A stretch of DNA of 64,000 nt from Bacteroidales bacterium (GTDB lineage Bacteria; Bacteroidota; Bacteroidia; Bacteroidales; VadinHA17), in NCBI GenBank assembly GCA_049975425.1, contig JBNGDI010000017.1, positions 4,757 to 68,756 on the forward strand, read 5' to 3'. Below the pieces are notes generated by a model. It searched no databases. It saw only the letters and a list, made by a program, of their open reading frames with translations, and was not told where the DNA came from. A program made the translations under genes and the position numbers. Position 1 is the first letter of the stretch. Every line of letters begins with the position of its first letter. Below are positions 35,558-45,880 of the stretch, piece after piece.

Positions 35558-35587
35558 AAAGGCTTCCTGTTTGCGGAAGCTTTTTTT
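35558..35587 (+). terminator. Intrinsic terminator
   Basis: AAAGGCTTCC-TGTTTGC-GGAAGCTTTTTTT. Confidence 0.75.
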
Positions 35588-35622
35588 ATTGATTCCCCTC
35601 CCTTGGGTATAGGTTCTGTGGG

Positions 35623-35979
35623 TTACTTTACCTCACCTTCTTTTATCAGTTCATCCCAGAACTCGATGGCTCGACGGGTGTGGGGAATCACAATGGTACC
35701 TCCCACCAGGTTGGCAACAGCAAATATTTCGAATATTTCTTCTGTGCTCACGCCTTGCCGGTAACACTGTTCGAGGTGGTATTTAACACAGTCGTCACAT
35801 CTCAGGACCATGGAACTGACTAGTCCAAGCATTTCCTTTGTTCTGGCCGGAAGGGCTCCGTCAAGGTACGTATTGGTATCGAGATTGAAAATTCTTTTGA
35901 TTACTTTGTTTTCGCCCGAGAGCAGGCGCTCGTTCATTTTCCTGCGGTATTCCCTGTAATTGTTCAGTTTTTCGCTCAT
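35623..35979 (-). CDS. Carboxymuconolactone decarboxylase / AhpD-like protein
   Basis: KEMLGL...LRCDDCVKYH motif. ATG at 35979. Confidence 0.85.
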   Translation of the reverse strand: MSEKLNNYREYRRKMNERLLSGENKVIKRIFNLDTNTYLDGALPARTKEMLGLVSSMVLRCDDCVKYHLEQCYRQGVSTEEIFEIFAVANLVGGTIVIPHTRRAIEFWDELIKEGEVK

Positions 35980-36115
35980 AAATCTGTTTTTAATAATGAA
36001 GCAATTTACAAAATAGGCACGATAATGAAACAAAAAACCCGGCTCCTGTGTTCCCGAAATACGGCAAATTCCGATGCATTTTTTTACATTTGCGGTTAGA
36101 AAAAGAGACATACCT

Positions 36116-36865
36116 ATGTCAGGTCACAACAAATGGTCAACTATCAAGAGGAAGAAAGGGGCTGCTGATGCCAGGCGCTCAAAAATCTTTTCCCGTATAG
36201 CCAAGGAAATTACCATTGCCGTAAAAGAGGGAGGAAGTGCCGATCCGGAATTTAATCCCAGGTTGAGGCTTGCCGTTCAGAATGCAAAGGGGGCCAATAT
36301 GCCCAAGGATAACATTGAGCGGGCCATTAACAAGGGACAATCCGACACCGGTGGTTTGCAGGAGGTTACTTACGAAGGGTATGCCCCCGGAGGTGTGGGA
36401 ATATTTGTTGAGTGCATGACCGATAATACCAACCGGACGGTCGGGAATATTCGCTCAATTTTCAACAAGCGGGGAGGCAACCTGGGGACCAACGGATCCC
36501 TGAGTTTCTTGTTCGAACGGAAAGGTGTTTTTGCCATTCCAAAAGAAGGTCTGGATGGAGAAGAATTTGCCCTGGAGGTGATTGATGCAGGAGCAGAGGA
36601 TTTTCAGGAAGAGGAAGATTATTTTGTGATATATACTGCCATGGAAGATTTCGGTAAAGTACAGAAGAAGCTGGAAGAAATGGGCGTAGTACCTGAAAAT
36701 GCGGAATTGCGTCGTATACCGAACACCCTGAAAAAGCTTGATCCGGAAGAAGCCATGAAGGTGCTTCGGATGATCGATGATTTCGAGGAGGACGATGATG
36801 TGCAGAATGTTTACCACAACCTGGAATTAACTGAAGAGATCCTGCAGAAGTGGGATAACAGCTGA
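36116..36865 (+). CDS. yebC: YebC/PmpR family protein
   Basis: MSGHNKWSTIK, YEGYAPGG, DDVQNVYHN. Confidence 0.95.
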   Translation: MSGHNKWSTIKRKKGAADARRSKIFSRIAKEITIAVKEGGSADPEFNPRLRLAVQNAKGANMPKDNIERAINKGQSDTGGLQEVTYEGYAPGGVGIFVECMTDNTNRTVGNIRSIFNKRGGNLGTNGSLSFLFERKGVFAIPKEGLDGEEFALEVIDAGAEDFQEEEDYFVIYTAMEDFGKVQKKLEEMGVVPENAELRRIPNTLKKLDPEEAMKVLRMIDDFEEDDDVQNVYHNLELTEEILQKWDNS

Positions 36866-36982
36866 TGTAATTCTCCGGATCATTTTCTCTGTGATGATTT
36901 TCATATTGCCGGCCGGCCTGTGACTCTTTCTGTACGGCCAATTTGCAGCGCAGATAATTTTTCTATTTTTACCGAAAAAGAC

Positions 36983-38494
36983 ATGATCATGAAAGGTAAA
37001 TATATTCTGGCCCTGGATCAGGGTACCACCAGTTCACGGGCCGTTCTTTTTGACAGGGAAGGCGGCCTGGCAGGTATGGCACAGCGGGAGTTCCCGCAAT
37101 ATTATCCCCGGCCGGGATGGGTGGAACAGGATCCACTGGATATCCTGAACAGCCAGCTGGAAGCTGTCAGAGGATTAATAACCCATACAGGAATTGACCG
37201 TACCCAGATAGAAGCCATCGGTATTACCAATCAAAGAGAAACGGCCGTTGTGTGGGAAAAAGAAACCGGACTCCCGGTATATCCCGCGCTGGTATGGCAG
37301 GATAAACGTACATCGGCCTTCATGAACCAGTTCCGTAGAAATGAAATAGAAAGGTCTTTTCAGGAAAAAACAGGTTTGGTAGCCGATACGTATTTTTCGG
37401 CCTCCAAAGTATACTGGATTCTCGATCATAATCCGCAGCTGCGTGAAAAAGCCAACACGGGAAAACTCCTGTTTGGCACGGTAGATTCCTGGCTTATCTG
37501 GAATCTTACAGGAAGAAAGGTTCATGCAACCGATCTTACGAATGCCTCGCGCACACTTTTGTTCAATATTAACACCCTGGATTGGGATGACGATATGATG
37601 GAACTTTTCGGTGTTCCCGGGGTGATGATGCCCGAAGTAAAACCTTCAGCCGGAAAATATGGAAGGGTGTCGGCTGATTTCCCCTTTTTGCAGGGAATTC
37701 CCGTAACCGGAGTGGCCGGAGATCAGCAGGCTGCCCTTCTTGGCCAGGGATGCCTGGACCCTGGCATGGTGAAGAATACTTATGGTACAGGATGTTTTCT
37801 TCTGATGAATACGGGAACCCGCCCGGTTTTTTCCCGGTCCGGACTACTGACCACCATAGCCTGGGGTATTGGCAATCAGGTATACTACGCCATGGAAGGG
37901 AGTATTTTTATTGCCGGAGCGGCCATCCAGTGGCTGAGGGATTCCCTGGGTATCATTGCAGCGGCTTCTGAATCGGATCCCATATCCAGGGAAGCCGGAG
38001 AAACGGGAGACCTTTTTGTGGTTCCCGCCTTTTCGGGCCTTGGGGCTCCTTACTGGGATATGAACGCCCGGGGCGGGATACTTGGAATATCCCACTCTAC
38101 CGACAGAAAAAAGATCGTGCGTGCTACCCTGGAATCCCTGGCCTATCAAACCCGTGATGTTATACTGGCCATGGAAAATGATTCGGATGTTCCTGTATTG
38201 CAGCTGAAAGTGGATGGGGGAGCTTCAGCCAATAATTTCCTTATGCAGTTCCAGGCCGATATCCTGGGTAAGGAAGTGCACCGGCCTGAAAACATCGAAG
38301 CCACTGCCATGGGAGCCGCCATACTGGCCGGGCTGGGGAGCGGTTTCTGGAATATGAATGAGATCAGACAATTTCATTCAGCCGTTACCGTTTTTACCCC
38401 TGAAATGCCTTCTTCCGAAAGAGAGAAAAAATATTGCAAGTGGATGAAGGCGGTAGAAAGGGTAAGGGCGTGGGCCGAGGAGGAAGAATCATGA
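36983..38494 (+). CDS. glpK: Glycerol kinase
   Basis: DQGTTSSR, ITNQRET, GDQQAAL, KNTYGTGCF. Confidence 0.95.
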   Translation: MIMKGKYILALDQGTTSSRAVLFDREGGLAGMAQREFPQYYPRPGWVEQDPLDILNSQLEAVRGLITHTGIDRTQIEAIGITNQRETAVVWEKETGLPVYPALVWQDKRTSAFMNQFRRNEIERSFQEKTGLVADTYFSASKVYWILDHNPQLREKANTGKLLFGTVDSWLIWNLTGRKVHATDLTNASRTLLFNINTLDWDDDMMELFGVPGVMMPEVKPSAGKYGRVSADFPFLQGIPVTGVAGDQQAALLGQGCLDPGMVKNTYGTGCFLLMNTGTRPVFSRSGLLTTIAWGIGNQVYYAMEGSIFIAGAAIQWLRDSLGIIAAASESDPISREAGETGDLFVVPAFSGLGAPYWDMNARGGILGISHSTDRKKIVRATLESLAYQTRDVILAMENDSDVPVLQLKVDGGASANNFLMQFQADILGKEVHRPENIEATAMGAAILAGLGSGFWNMNEIRQFHSAVTVFTPEMPSSEREKKYCKWMKAVERVRAWAEEEES

Positions 38495-38958
38495 AAGGAT
38501 TGAACAAAATAACTGGCGGGATCATGATCTGCCTGCTGGCAGGATCTCTGAGCAGTTGCAGGGTTGACGAAGTGGAAGTGTCGGGTTTCAGGGGTATCCG
38601 CCTGCATCGTTTCTCTAACCGGCAACTGGGAGTGGAAGTGCTGATGCAGGTAAAAAACCCAAACCGCCTGGCTTTCCGGATTACCGGCATTGACCTTGAT
38701 GTGACATTGAATGACCGTTATCTGGGTAAGATCACCAATGCAGAAAAAATACGTATTCCGGGAGTATCCGACCAGGAACATTCCCTGCACCTGAATATTG
38801 AAATGGATAGCTGGATATCAGGCCTTACCACCTTCATCAATATGCTGGGCAAAAGAACCGCTGTTCTGGAAATGGACGGATACATCAGGGTGAAATCGTC
38901 CATTCTGGGCAAGACTATCCGGATCAGTGAAATTACCGAGGTGGAGGTGGTTCCGTAA
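38491..38958 (+). CDS. LEA_2/WHy-domain lipoprotein
   Basis: Lipobox LSSC and VKNPN motif. ATGA overlap with glpK. Confidence 0.75.
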   Translation: MKGLNKITGGIMICLLAGSLSSCRVDEVEVSGFRGIRLHRFSNRQLGVEVLMQVKNPNRLAFRITGIDLDVTLNDRYLGKITNAEKIRIPGVSDQEHSLHLNIEMDSWISGLTTFINMLGKRTAVLEMDGYIRVKSSILGKTIRISEITEVEVVP

Positions 38959-39029
38959 GGATTCTCACAGGGAAAGGGGGAAAATGAAAAAATTGCTATA
39001 TTTGGTTGGGAATCAATAAAAAATCAGAC

Positions 39030-39866
39030 ATGAAAAGAATACTTGTCCCCGTCGATTTTTCCAGGGACTCCATGAACGCCCTGGATGCTGCCATTTCGGT
39101 TGCCAACAAAATAGAAAGCAATATCCGGTTTATCCATGTGAGAAAAAACAAAGATTATGACGAGCCGTTTGTTATTGAGGGAAAAGATCAGGATTACGGC
39201 CAGACCGTGGAAGAATTCTGCGTGCGAATTGTGAGGGAGTACGGAAAGAAGCTCAAAAAGGGCAACATGGATTTTGTAATCAGGCACGGTAAAATATACA
39301 AGGGAATCATCGACCAGGCCAGGCTCGACAAATCCGGACTGATCATGATGGGAACACATGGTGTTTCGGGGTTTGAAGAATTCTGGCTGGGAAGTAATGC
39401 CTACAGGGTGGTTTCAAAGGCTCCCTGTCCGGTTATTACCGTGCGTCACGGGTTCAAAAAGAAAAAATTCGGGAAGATACTGCTTCCCATAGATTCGAAA
39501 AGAGATACCAGGCAAAAAATACCGTTCACCACTGAACTGGCCAGACTCCTGAATGCCGAATTACATGTTGTAGATTTCCGAACTACCGACCGTACGGATA
39601 TTAAAACCCGTTTGAAGAAATATGCCGATCAGGCTTACGATTATGCTACCGGGCATGGTGTGAGGGCAATACGGAGCAGTAAAAAAGGTGGGGATATCCC
39701 GGAAACCATTATTTCCTACGCCGTACACGAGGAAATTGACCTGATATCCATTGTGACCTTCGAGAGAGGAACCCCTGCCAATATGGCACTCAGCACAAAT
39801 GCCCAGCTGATGGTAAACCATTCACCCATTCCCATTCTGTCGATTCATCCTTCAACGAGAAAGTAA
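39030..39866 (+). CDS. Tandem-domain universal stress protein
   Basis: ILVPVDFS, MGTHG..G...GS, PCPVITV. Confidence 0.92.
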   Translation: MKRILVPVDFSRDSMNALDAAISVANKIESNIRFIHVRKNKDYDEPFVIEGKDQDYGQTVEEFCVRIVREYGKKLKKGNMDFVIRHGKIYKGIIDQARLDKSGLIMMGTHGVSGFEEFWLGSNAYRVVSKAPCPVITVRHGFKKKKFGKILLPIDSKRDTRQKIPFTTELARLLNAELHVVDFRTTDRTDIKTRLKKYADQAYDYATGHGVRAIRSSKKGGDIPETIISYAVHEEIDLISIVTFERGTPANMALSTNAQLMVNHSPIPILSIHPSTRK

Positions 39867-40333
39867 TGCTGAAAAGGATCAGTTGTATCATTTTGTTATT
39901 ATTTCCCCTGGTGGCAGAAGCGCAGAACGTTGAAGCCAGGGGGCGAGATACTGCAGGGAATGACCGGAATATGAACGGAACAATTGTGCCGGGTGAGCTC
40001 AGGATCTTTCAGGACAAACGAATCGACGATCTGATCCACCGGCATGTTCAGCTCAATGCGGAACGTGGCGGACTGGACGGTTACCGCATTCAGATCTATT
40101 TTGGTTCGGGAGCCATGGGGAGGGAAGAAGCCAACGAACATCATGCCAGAGCCCTCTCGTATTTTCCCGAGCTAAAAGTCCATTTGATCTATCAGTATTC
40201 CTATTATAAAGTGCGAATCGGTGATTTCCGGACACGGGAAGAAGCGTTCAGCTGGCACCGGAAAGTGAAACGCAGGTTTCCCAGTGCCTATATCGTCCCC
40301 GATATTATTGAATTTCCCAGGATCGATCTCTGA
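39866..40333 (+). CDS. SPOR-domain protein
   Basis: Signal peptide, GYRIQI and YKVRIGDF. Confidence 0.88.
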   Translation: MLKRISCIILLLFPLVAEAQNVEARGRDTAGNDRNMNGTIVPGELRIFQDKRIDDLIHRHVQLNAERGGLDGYRIQIYFGSGAMGREEANEHHARALSYFPELKVHLIYQYSYYKVRIGDFRTREEAFSWHRKVKRRFPSAYIVPDIIEFPRIDL

Positions 40334-40439
40334 CCCGCTACCCTGTCCTGTAAAAAAATGTTCATAAGTCGTCGGCATACCTCCCCGCACATGCCGGCCA
40401 TTTGTTGTATTTTAGGCTGTCATTAATTGAGAATACATT

Positions 40440-41846
40440 ATGGGGGGTATTTTTGGCACGGTATCACATGCCGATTGTGTAACCGATCTTTTTTATGGAA
40501 CCGATTATCATTCCCACCTGGGAACCAAACGGGCGGGAATGTGTGTTTATGATCGGGGAGAATTTATTCGAAGCATCCACAGTATTGAAGATTCCTATTT
40601 CCGTACCAAGTTTGAACCGGATCTTCCTAAATTCAGGGGCAATATGGGTATTGGTGTTATCAGCGATACTGACAACCAGCCCATTCTGATTCATTCCCAC
40701 CTGGGCCGGTATGCGGTGGTAACCGTGGGAAAAATCCTGAACATGGACGAACTTGAAAAACGGATGCTGAAACAACACAGGCATTTTTCGGAAACCACCC
40801 AGGCCGGCACCAATCCTTCGGAAATGGTGGCCATGCTGATGGATGAGGAGAAAAACTTTGCAGATGGCATCGAAAATGTGAGGGAACGGATCAGAGGGTC
40901 GTGTACGTTCATGGTACTGACCCCTGAGGGAATTTATGCCGCCCGCGACAGGCTTGGGCGAACCCCGCTGGCCATTGGAAGGAAGAATGGGAGCTGGGCC
41001 GTGGCTTCAGAAACTTCCGCTTTCCCTACACTGGGGTATGAACTGGAATACCAGCTGGGTCCCAATGAACTGGTTTTTATATCCCCCGAAGAATATAAAA
41101 GGGTGATCCCCCCAGGTTCAAGAATGCAGGTATGCGCATTTCTCTGGGTTTATTACGGATATCCGGCCGCAGAATACGAAGGGGTGGGGGTTGAACCCAC
41201 CAGGTACCGTTGCGGAGCGGAACTAGCCAGAAAAGATGACACGGAAGCCGACCTGGTATCGGGAATACCCGATTCGGGAGTGGGTCATGCCATTGGGTAT
41301 GCCATGGAAAAGAGAATCCCTTATATGAGGCCTTATGTGAAATATACTCCCACATGGCCCCGTAGTTTCATGCCTTCACGCCAGGAAACACGCGAACTGG
41401 TGGCCAGGATGAAGCTGATTCCTGTGCGTGAGGTGATTGAAGGAAAAAGGATTGTATTCTGCGACGATTCCATTGTACGCGGTACGCAATTGCTCGATAC
41501 CATCAGGGTATTGAACCATTATGGTGCGAAGGAAACCCACATGCGGGTGGCCTGCCCTCCCCTGGTATATGCCTGTGATTTTCTGAACTTCTCGGCCAGC
41601 AAATCGGTTGCCGAACTGGCCAGCAGAAAAGCCATGCTAAAACTGGAAGGAAGGGCAGACGGAGACGCCAGGGAATATGCCACAGCCGGTACAGCAAAAT
41701 ATCAGGCCATGGTGGAAGAAATCAGAAAGCGGATCGGATTGACAACCCTTGTTTATCAGAATATTGACGATCTGGTAATGGCTATTGGTCTTCCAAAGGA
41801 AAAAATATGCACCCATTGTTTCGACGGCTCCAGTTTTGACCGCTGA
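40440..41846 (+). CDS. purF: Amidophosphoribosyltransferase-like protein lacking the catalytic Cys1
   Basis: DDSIVRGT PRPP loop and four Fe-S-type Cys are present, but the N-terminus is MGGIFG. Confidence 0.85.
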   Translation: MGGIFGTVSHADCVTDLFYGTDYHSHLGTKRAGMCVYDRGEFIRSIHSIEDSYFRTKFEPDLPKFRGNMGIGVISDTDNQPILIHSHLGRYAVVTVGKILNMDELEKRMLKQHRHFSETTQAGTNPSEMVAMLMDEEKNFADGIENVRERIRGSCTFMVLTPEGIYAARDRLGRTPLAIGRKNGSWAVASETSAFPTLGYELEYQLGPNELVFISPEEYKRVIPPGSRMQVCAFLWVYYGYPAAEYEGVGVEPTRYRCGAELARKDDTEADLVSGIPDSGVGHAIGYAMEKRIPYMRPYVKYTPTWPRSFMPSRQETRELVARMKLIPVREVIEGKRIVFCDDSIVRGTQLLDTIRVLNHYGAKETHMRVACPPLVYACDFLNFSASKSVAELASRKAMLKLEGRADGDAREYATAGTAKYQAMVEEIRKRIGLTTLVYQNIDDLVMAIGLPKEKICTHCFDGSSFDR

Positions 41847-41856
41847 AAAATTGCTG

Positions 41857-41889
41857 CGGTAAAGAACCGGTAAAGAACCGGTAAAGAAC
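41857..41889. repeat. Tandem repeat, 3 x CGGTAAAGAAC
   Basis: Three perfect 11-bp copies in the intergenic region. Confidence 0.95.
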
Positions 41890-41966
41890 CCGGAAGAATG
41901 TTTTCAGCCCTGCCGGCAGTGATTCATTAATTTCCGTATTTTTGCTCTGCGAAAAGAACATTCCGG

Positions 41967-43871
41967 ATGAGCGATGCAGTAAAACATGAATGCGGTATTG
42001 TTCTGTTCAGGTTGAGAAAACCCCTGGAATATTACCGGTTTAAGTACGGTTCCTGGCAATATGGACTGCGAAAGGTGTATCTGTTGATGGAAAAACAGCA
42101 TAACCGCGGCCAGGACGGAGCCGGACTGGTGAATGTGAAAATCGACCAGGAACCCGGGAAACAGTACATATTCCGTCAACGATCGAACAAATCTAATCCA
42201 ATATATCTGATATTCAAAAAGATATACGATAATATCGAGGGTCTGATCTCCCGTGCAAATCCGTCGGTTGCCGAAGATCCGGGATGGGCCAGGGAAAATC
42301 TTCCTTTTGCGGGCGAATTATTTCTGGGGCATTTGAGGTACGGAACGTTTGGCCTGAATAGCATCGATGCCGTTCATCCGGTTCTGCGCCTGAATAACTG
42401 GCGTTCCAGGAATCTTGCTTTGGCCGGGAATTTTAATCTGACAAATGTGGACGAATTGTTCAGGATACTGATCGGTACGGGACAGCATCCCAGGGAATAT
42501 TCCGATACGGTGACCATTCTTGAAAATATCGGTTATTACCTGGATGAGGAGAACCAGGATATGTACCACCGCTACCTGGATCAGGGCGTACCCCGTGAGC
42601 AGATATCTTCCCTGATTGAAGAAAATATTGATCTTTCGGCTGTGTTGAGGCAGGCCAGCAAAAGATGGGACGGCGGCTATGCCATCGGCGGAATTGTGGG
42701 ACACGGTGATGCCTTTGTTTTCCGTGATCCATGGGGGATACGGCCGGTTTATTACTATCATGACGAAGAAGTGGTGGTAGCTACCTCTGAAAGGCCGGTT
42801 ATTCAAACGGTGTTGAATGTCAGATCGGAGGATGTATATGAATTGACACCGGGTTCAGCACTTATAGTCAGGAAAACCGGCCGGGTGGAAACGGTTTCCA
42901 TTCGGGATACCGGCATCAAACGTTCCTGTTCGTTTGAAAGAATATATTTTTCGCGGGGAGGAGATGCCGATATTTACCGGGAAAGAAAAAAACTGGGCGA
43001 ACTGCTTACTTCACCGGTGCTGAAAGTAATTGATCATGACCTGCAGCATACGGTATTTTCATACATTCCCAATACCTCCGAATCTGCTTTTTACGGCCTG
43101 ATTAAAGGCCTGCAGGAATACCTGCTGCAATGGCAGCAACGGCAGATCATGATGCTGGGGGCGAACCCCGATGAAGATCAGTTGAAAAATATACTGGCTT
43201 TCCGCCCGCGAATTGAAAAGGTTGCTATCAAGGATGTGAAACTCCGCACGTTTATTGCCCAGGAAAAGGGCAGGAATGACCTGGTGGAGCACGTGTATGA
43301 TATTACCTACGGAACAGTGGAAGAAGAAAGAGATACCCTGGTGATCATGGATGATTCAATTGTGAGGGGCACGACCCTGAAAAGAAGCATCCTGAAAATA
43401 CTTGACCGGCTGAGGCCCAAAAAAATCGTGGTGGTTTCCTCTTCACCCCAGATAAGATATCCCGATTGCTACGGGATTGATATGTCAAGGCTGGATCAGT
43501 TCATTGCTTTCCAGGCAGCTATTGCCCTGCTCAGGGAAAGGGGAATGGAAGCGGTGATTAACGAGGTTTACCTGAAATGTAAGGAACAGGAAGCTTTTCC
43601 AAAGGAAAAGATCGTTAATCATGTTAAAAAAATATATGATCCTTTTACCCCCGAGGAAATATCCCGAAAAATAGCAGAACTGCTAAGAGATGAATCCATC
43701 AGGGCCGAAGTGGTGATTGTATACCAGACCATCGAAAATCTGCACGAAGCCTGTCCGGGTCATACGGGTGACTGGTATTTTACGGGGGATTATCCTACGC
43801 CCGGGGGCAATAAAGTGGTCAGCACTGCCTTTATTCATTACATGGAAGGGAAACAGCAGCGTGCCTACTGA
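41967..43871 (+). CDS. purF: Amidophosphoribosyltransferase (long Bacteroidota type, class II glutamine amidotransferase)
   Basis: Propeptide MSDAVKHE/CGI, NRGQDGAG, GHLRYGT, DDSIVRGTT, CYGIDM. Confidence 0.88.
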   Translation: MSDAVKHECGIVLFRLRKPLEYYRFKYGSWQYGLRKVYLLMEKQHNRGQDGAGLVNVKIDQEPGKQYIFRQRSNKSNPIYLIFKKIYDNIEGLISRANPSVAEDPGWARENLPFAGELFLGHLRYGTFGLNSIDAVHPVLRLNNWRSRNLALAGNFNLTNVDELFRILIGTGQHPREYSDTVTILENIGYYLDEENQDMYHRYLDQGVPREQISSLIEENIDLSAVLRQASKRWDGGYAIGGIVGHGDAFVFRDPWGIRPVYYYHDEEVVVATSERPVIQTVLNVRSEDVYELTPGSALIVRKTGRVETVSIRDTGIKRSCSFERIYFSRGGDADIYRERKKLGELLTSPVLKVIDHDLQHTVFSYIPNTSESAFYGLIKGLQEYLLQWQQRQIMMLGANPDEDQLKNILAFRPRIEKVAIKDVKLRTFIAQEKGRNDLVEHVYDITYGTVEEERDTLVIMDDSIVRGTTLKRSILKILDRLRPKKIVVVSSSPQIRYPDCYGIDMSRLDQFIAFQAAIALLRERGMEAVINEVYLKCKEQEAFPKEKIVNHVKKIYDPFTPEEISRKIAELLRDESIRAEVVIVYQTIENLHEACPGHTGDWYFTGDYPTPGGNKVVSTAFIHYMEGKQQRAY

Positions 43872-44824
43872 TCGTCTTCTCTTACTCTCTCGTCTTTGTC
43901 CAGGTCGAATGTGGAAATATGTCTTTCCACCTTGGATGGATAAATATCGGGAATGGTTACCATCATAGCGGTTTCCTCCACATTCCCGAATGATTTGTTC
44001 ACTGCTGTGCCGAATACCCTGAGCGAGTCGGAGAGATTGATGTAGGCATTGAACAGGGGCGGTATATTTTCACCCAGCGCCCTGACCTTCTGTGAAAGGA
44101 TTTTGTAATTGTCCCTGAAGGTTTCTCCGGAAAAAAATTCACTTACCTCTTTCTCATCTACCTCAATACGAACCGGTTTAATGGGGGTAATGAGTTTGTC
44201 GGGATCGGGGAAATGTTCATTCAGAAAATGCAGGATCATGTTCCGGGCCTTTCTGTTGAAGTGGGGGTACATGGTAACTTTCCCGAAAAAATATTTTACA
44301 TGGGGGTTCATGACCACCAGGGCCCCCAGGCCATCCCACAGGTTGTCAAGGGCATAGAGGCTTTTTCTTGATCTGGCGGTTGACTGATAATCGGGCTGGA
44401 CAAAGGACCGTCCCAGTTCAATGGTCAGGGGCAGGTATTCCCTGATAAACTGATCTGAAAAACGAAACATTTCCGAGGTAGCAAGCATTTCGGGTATCAT
44501 TTCCTTTCCATCCGGCCCCTGCCCGAGAATGAAACGATACCCCCCCAGGATCTCCCGGGCGTCGGGATCCCACACAATCAACTGCTGGTAAGGATACTCG
44601 GAAGTGTCAAATTCATCAATGTCTATTTCCTTTCCCGTACCTCCACCGGCAGCACGGAAAGAAATTTCACGCAACCTGCCGATCTCGCGCATGATCATAG
44701 GAGAGTTCACATAATTGACGATATACAGCTCATTTCCACCGTTGTTCGTCTTCCTGACGAACTTTTCATAGGTGAGCTCCTCCAGGATCCTCTTCCTTGA
44801 TACAGGTGCAATAATTTTCTTCAT
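43865..44824 (-). CDS. GNAT-family N-acyltransferase (OlsB/GlsB-like, amino-lipid synthesis)
   Basis: EIGRLRE.SFR, DIDEFD, GGYR, IELGRSFV, IPPL motifs. ATG at 44824. Confidence 0.85.
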   Translation of the reverse strand: MKKIIAPVSRKRILEELTYEKFVRKTNNGGNELYIVNYVNSPMIMREIGRLREISFRAAGGGTGKEIDIDEFDTSEYPYQQLIVWDPDAREILGGYRFILGQGPDGKEMIPEMLATSEMFRFSDQFIREYLPLTIELGRSFVQPDYQSTARSRKSLYALDNLWDGLGALVVMNPHVKYFFGKVTMYPHFNRKARNMILHFLNEHFPDPDKLITPIKPVRIEVDEKEVSEFFSGETFRDNYKILSQKVRALGENIPPLFNAYINLSDSLRVFGTAVNKSFGNVEETAMMVTIPDIYPSKVERHISTFDLDKDERVREDDQ

Positions 44825-44877
44825 ACGGGAGACAGAAATCAAATACTAAATTAATAAATTAATAAATCTGCAGAAAA

Positions 44878-45744
44878 TTATTTCAGGTGGGGGAAAAGCA
44901 TATTGGGACTCTGTTCCAGGTTGTAAACATGGTATTTGAGCAGCTCTGCCCATTCAGCAGGAGAATGTCGCTTGTCAAAGGTGTCAAACGGAATGGGTTG
45001 ACCTATGGTAAGCGTAATTTTCTTGTTTTTTTCCACCTGCTTGAACATTTCATCAGGCAGGTATACCATTTCAATATTTGACCGGATCCCCAATATCACC
45101 CGCAAATTGGCCAGCCTGTAGAAAAAATTGGAATTTCTTCCGCTGAAATGCATCGGAACTATATCCCGCTGATATTGCCTGGCTTTTACAATAAAATTTT
45201 TTTTCCATTCCAGGTCCCTGATAATCCCTTTTCGTTTTCTGGAACATAAACCAGCCGGGAAATAAAGTATCTGGGCATCGGAAGAATAAGCTTTCTCGAT
45301 TTTCCGCGCATATTCCAGTGACTGGCGACCGTGTTTGTTTACGGGGATGAAAACCGGTTCCAGGTTACTAATATTCATCAGCAGGTCGTTTACAATGAAC
45401 AGGACCTTCTCGTGATATTTCCCTATTTCATGGATAAAGACCAGTCCGTCAAGCCCCCCCAGGGGGTGATTTGATGCAAAGATGTAACGGCCTTCCCGGG
45501 GAATGTTATCTCTGCCAACCACCTCATATTCAATTTTCAGGTCTTCCAGTGCAGCTGCTATAAATTCCTTCCCACTGAGATGACCCCGCCGCCTGAGAAA
45601 ATCGTTGAGCTCGTCCTGATGCACAATCCGTTTCAGATACCGCGGGATAAAACGGGGCAGCAATGCATATAATCGCGGATTTCTGCTTTTCAGAACATTC
45701 TCAACATCAATAAGTTGTATTTCTTTTTCCGCAGTATGTGCCAT
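44878..45744 (-). CDS. PlsC-family acyltransferase (OlsA/GlsA-like)
   Basis: NHPLGGLDG (HX4D-like) and FPAG motifs. Paired with the GNAT gene. Confidence 0.85.
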   Translation of the reverse strand: MAHTAEKEIQLIDVENVLKSRNPRLYALLPRFIPRYLKRIVHQDELNDFLRRRGHLSGKEFIAAALEDLKIEYEVVGRDNIPREGRYIFASNHPLGGLDGLVFIHEIGKYHEKVLFIVNDLLMNISNLEPVFIPVNKHGRQSLEYARKIEKAYSSDAQILYFPAGLCSRKRKGIIRDLEWKKNFIVKARQYQRDIVPMHFSGRNSNFFYRLANLRVILGIRSNIEMVYLPDEMFKQVEKNKKITLTIGQPIPFDTFDKRHSPAEWAELLKYHVYNLEQSPNMLFPHLK

Positions 45745-45880
45745 GTTTTTCAGAGATTCTTCATTCCAGTTGTCAAAAATAAGAAAAAACAGGCTGAAAC
45801 AGCAGATCCGGTGATATCTGTGAAAAAAATTCCCCTTTGCTGAATCACTTCCGGGGTTTTTTCGTAAAACTTTTCAACAA

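Noticed and set aside
36983..38494. glpK without glpF/glpD
   Set aside because: Standalone glycerol kinases are common and the partners may be elsewhere.
41857..41889. Possible CRISPR array
   Set aside because: 11-bp units without spacers and no cas genes.
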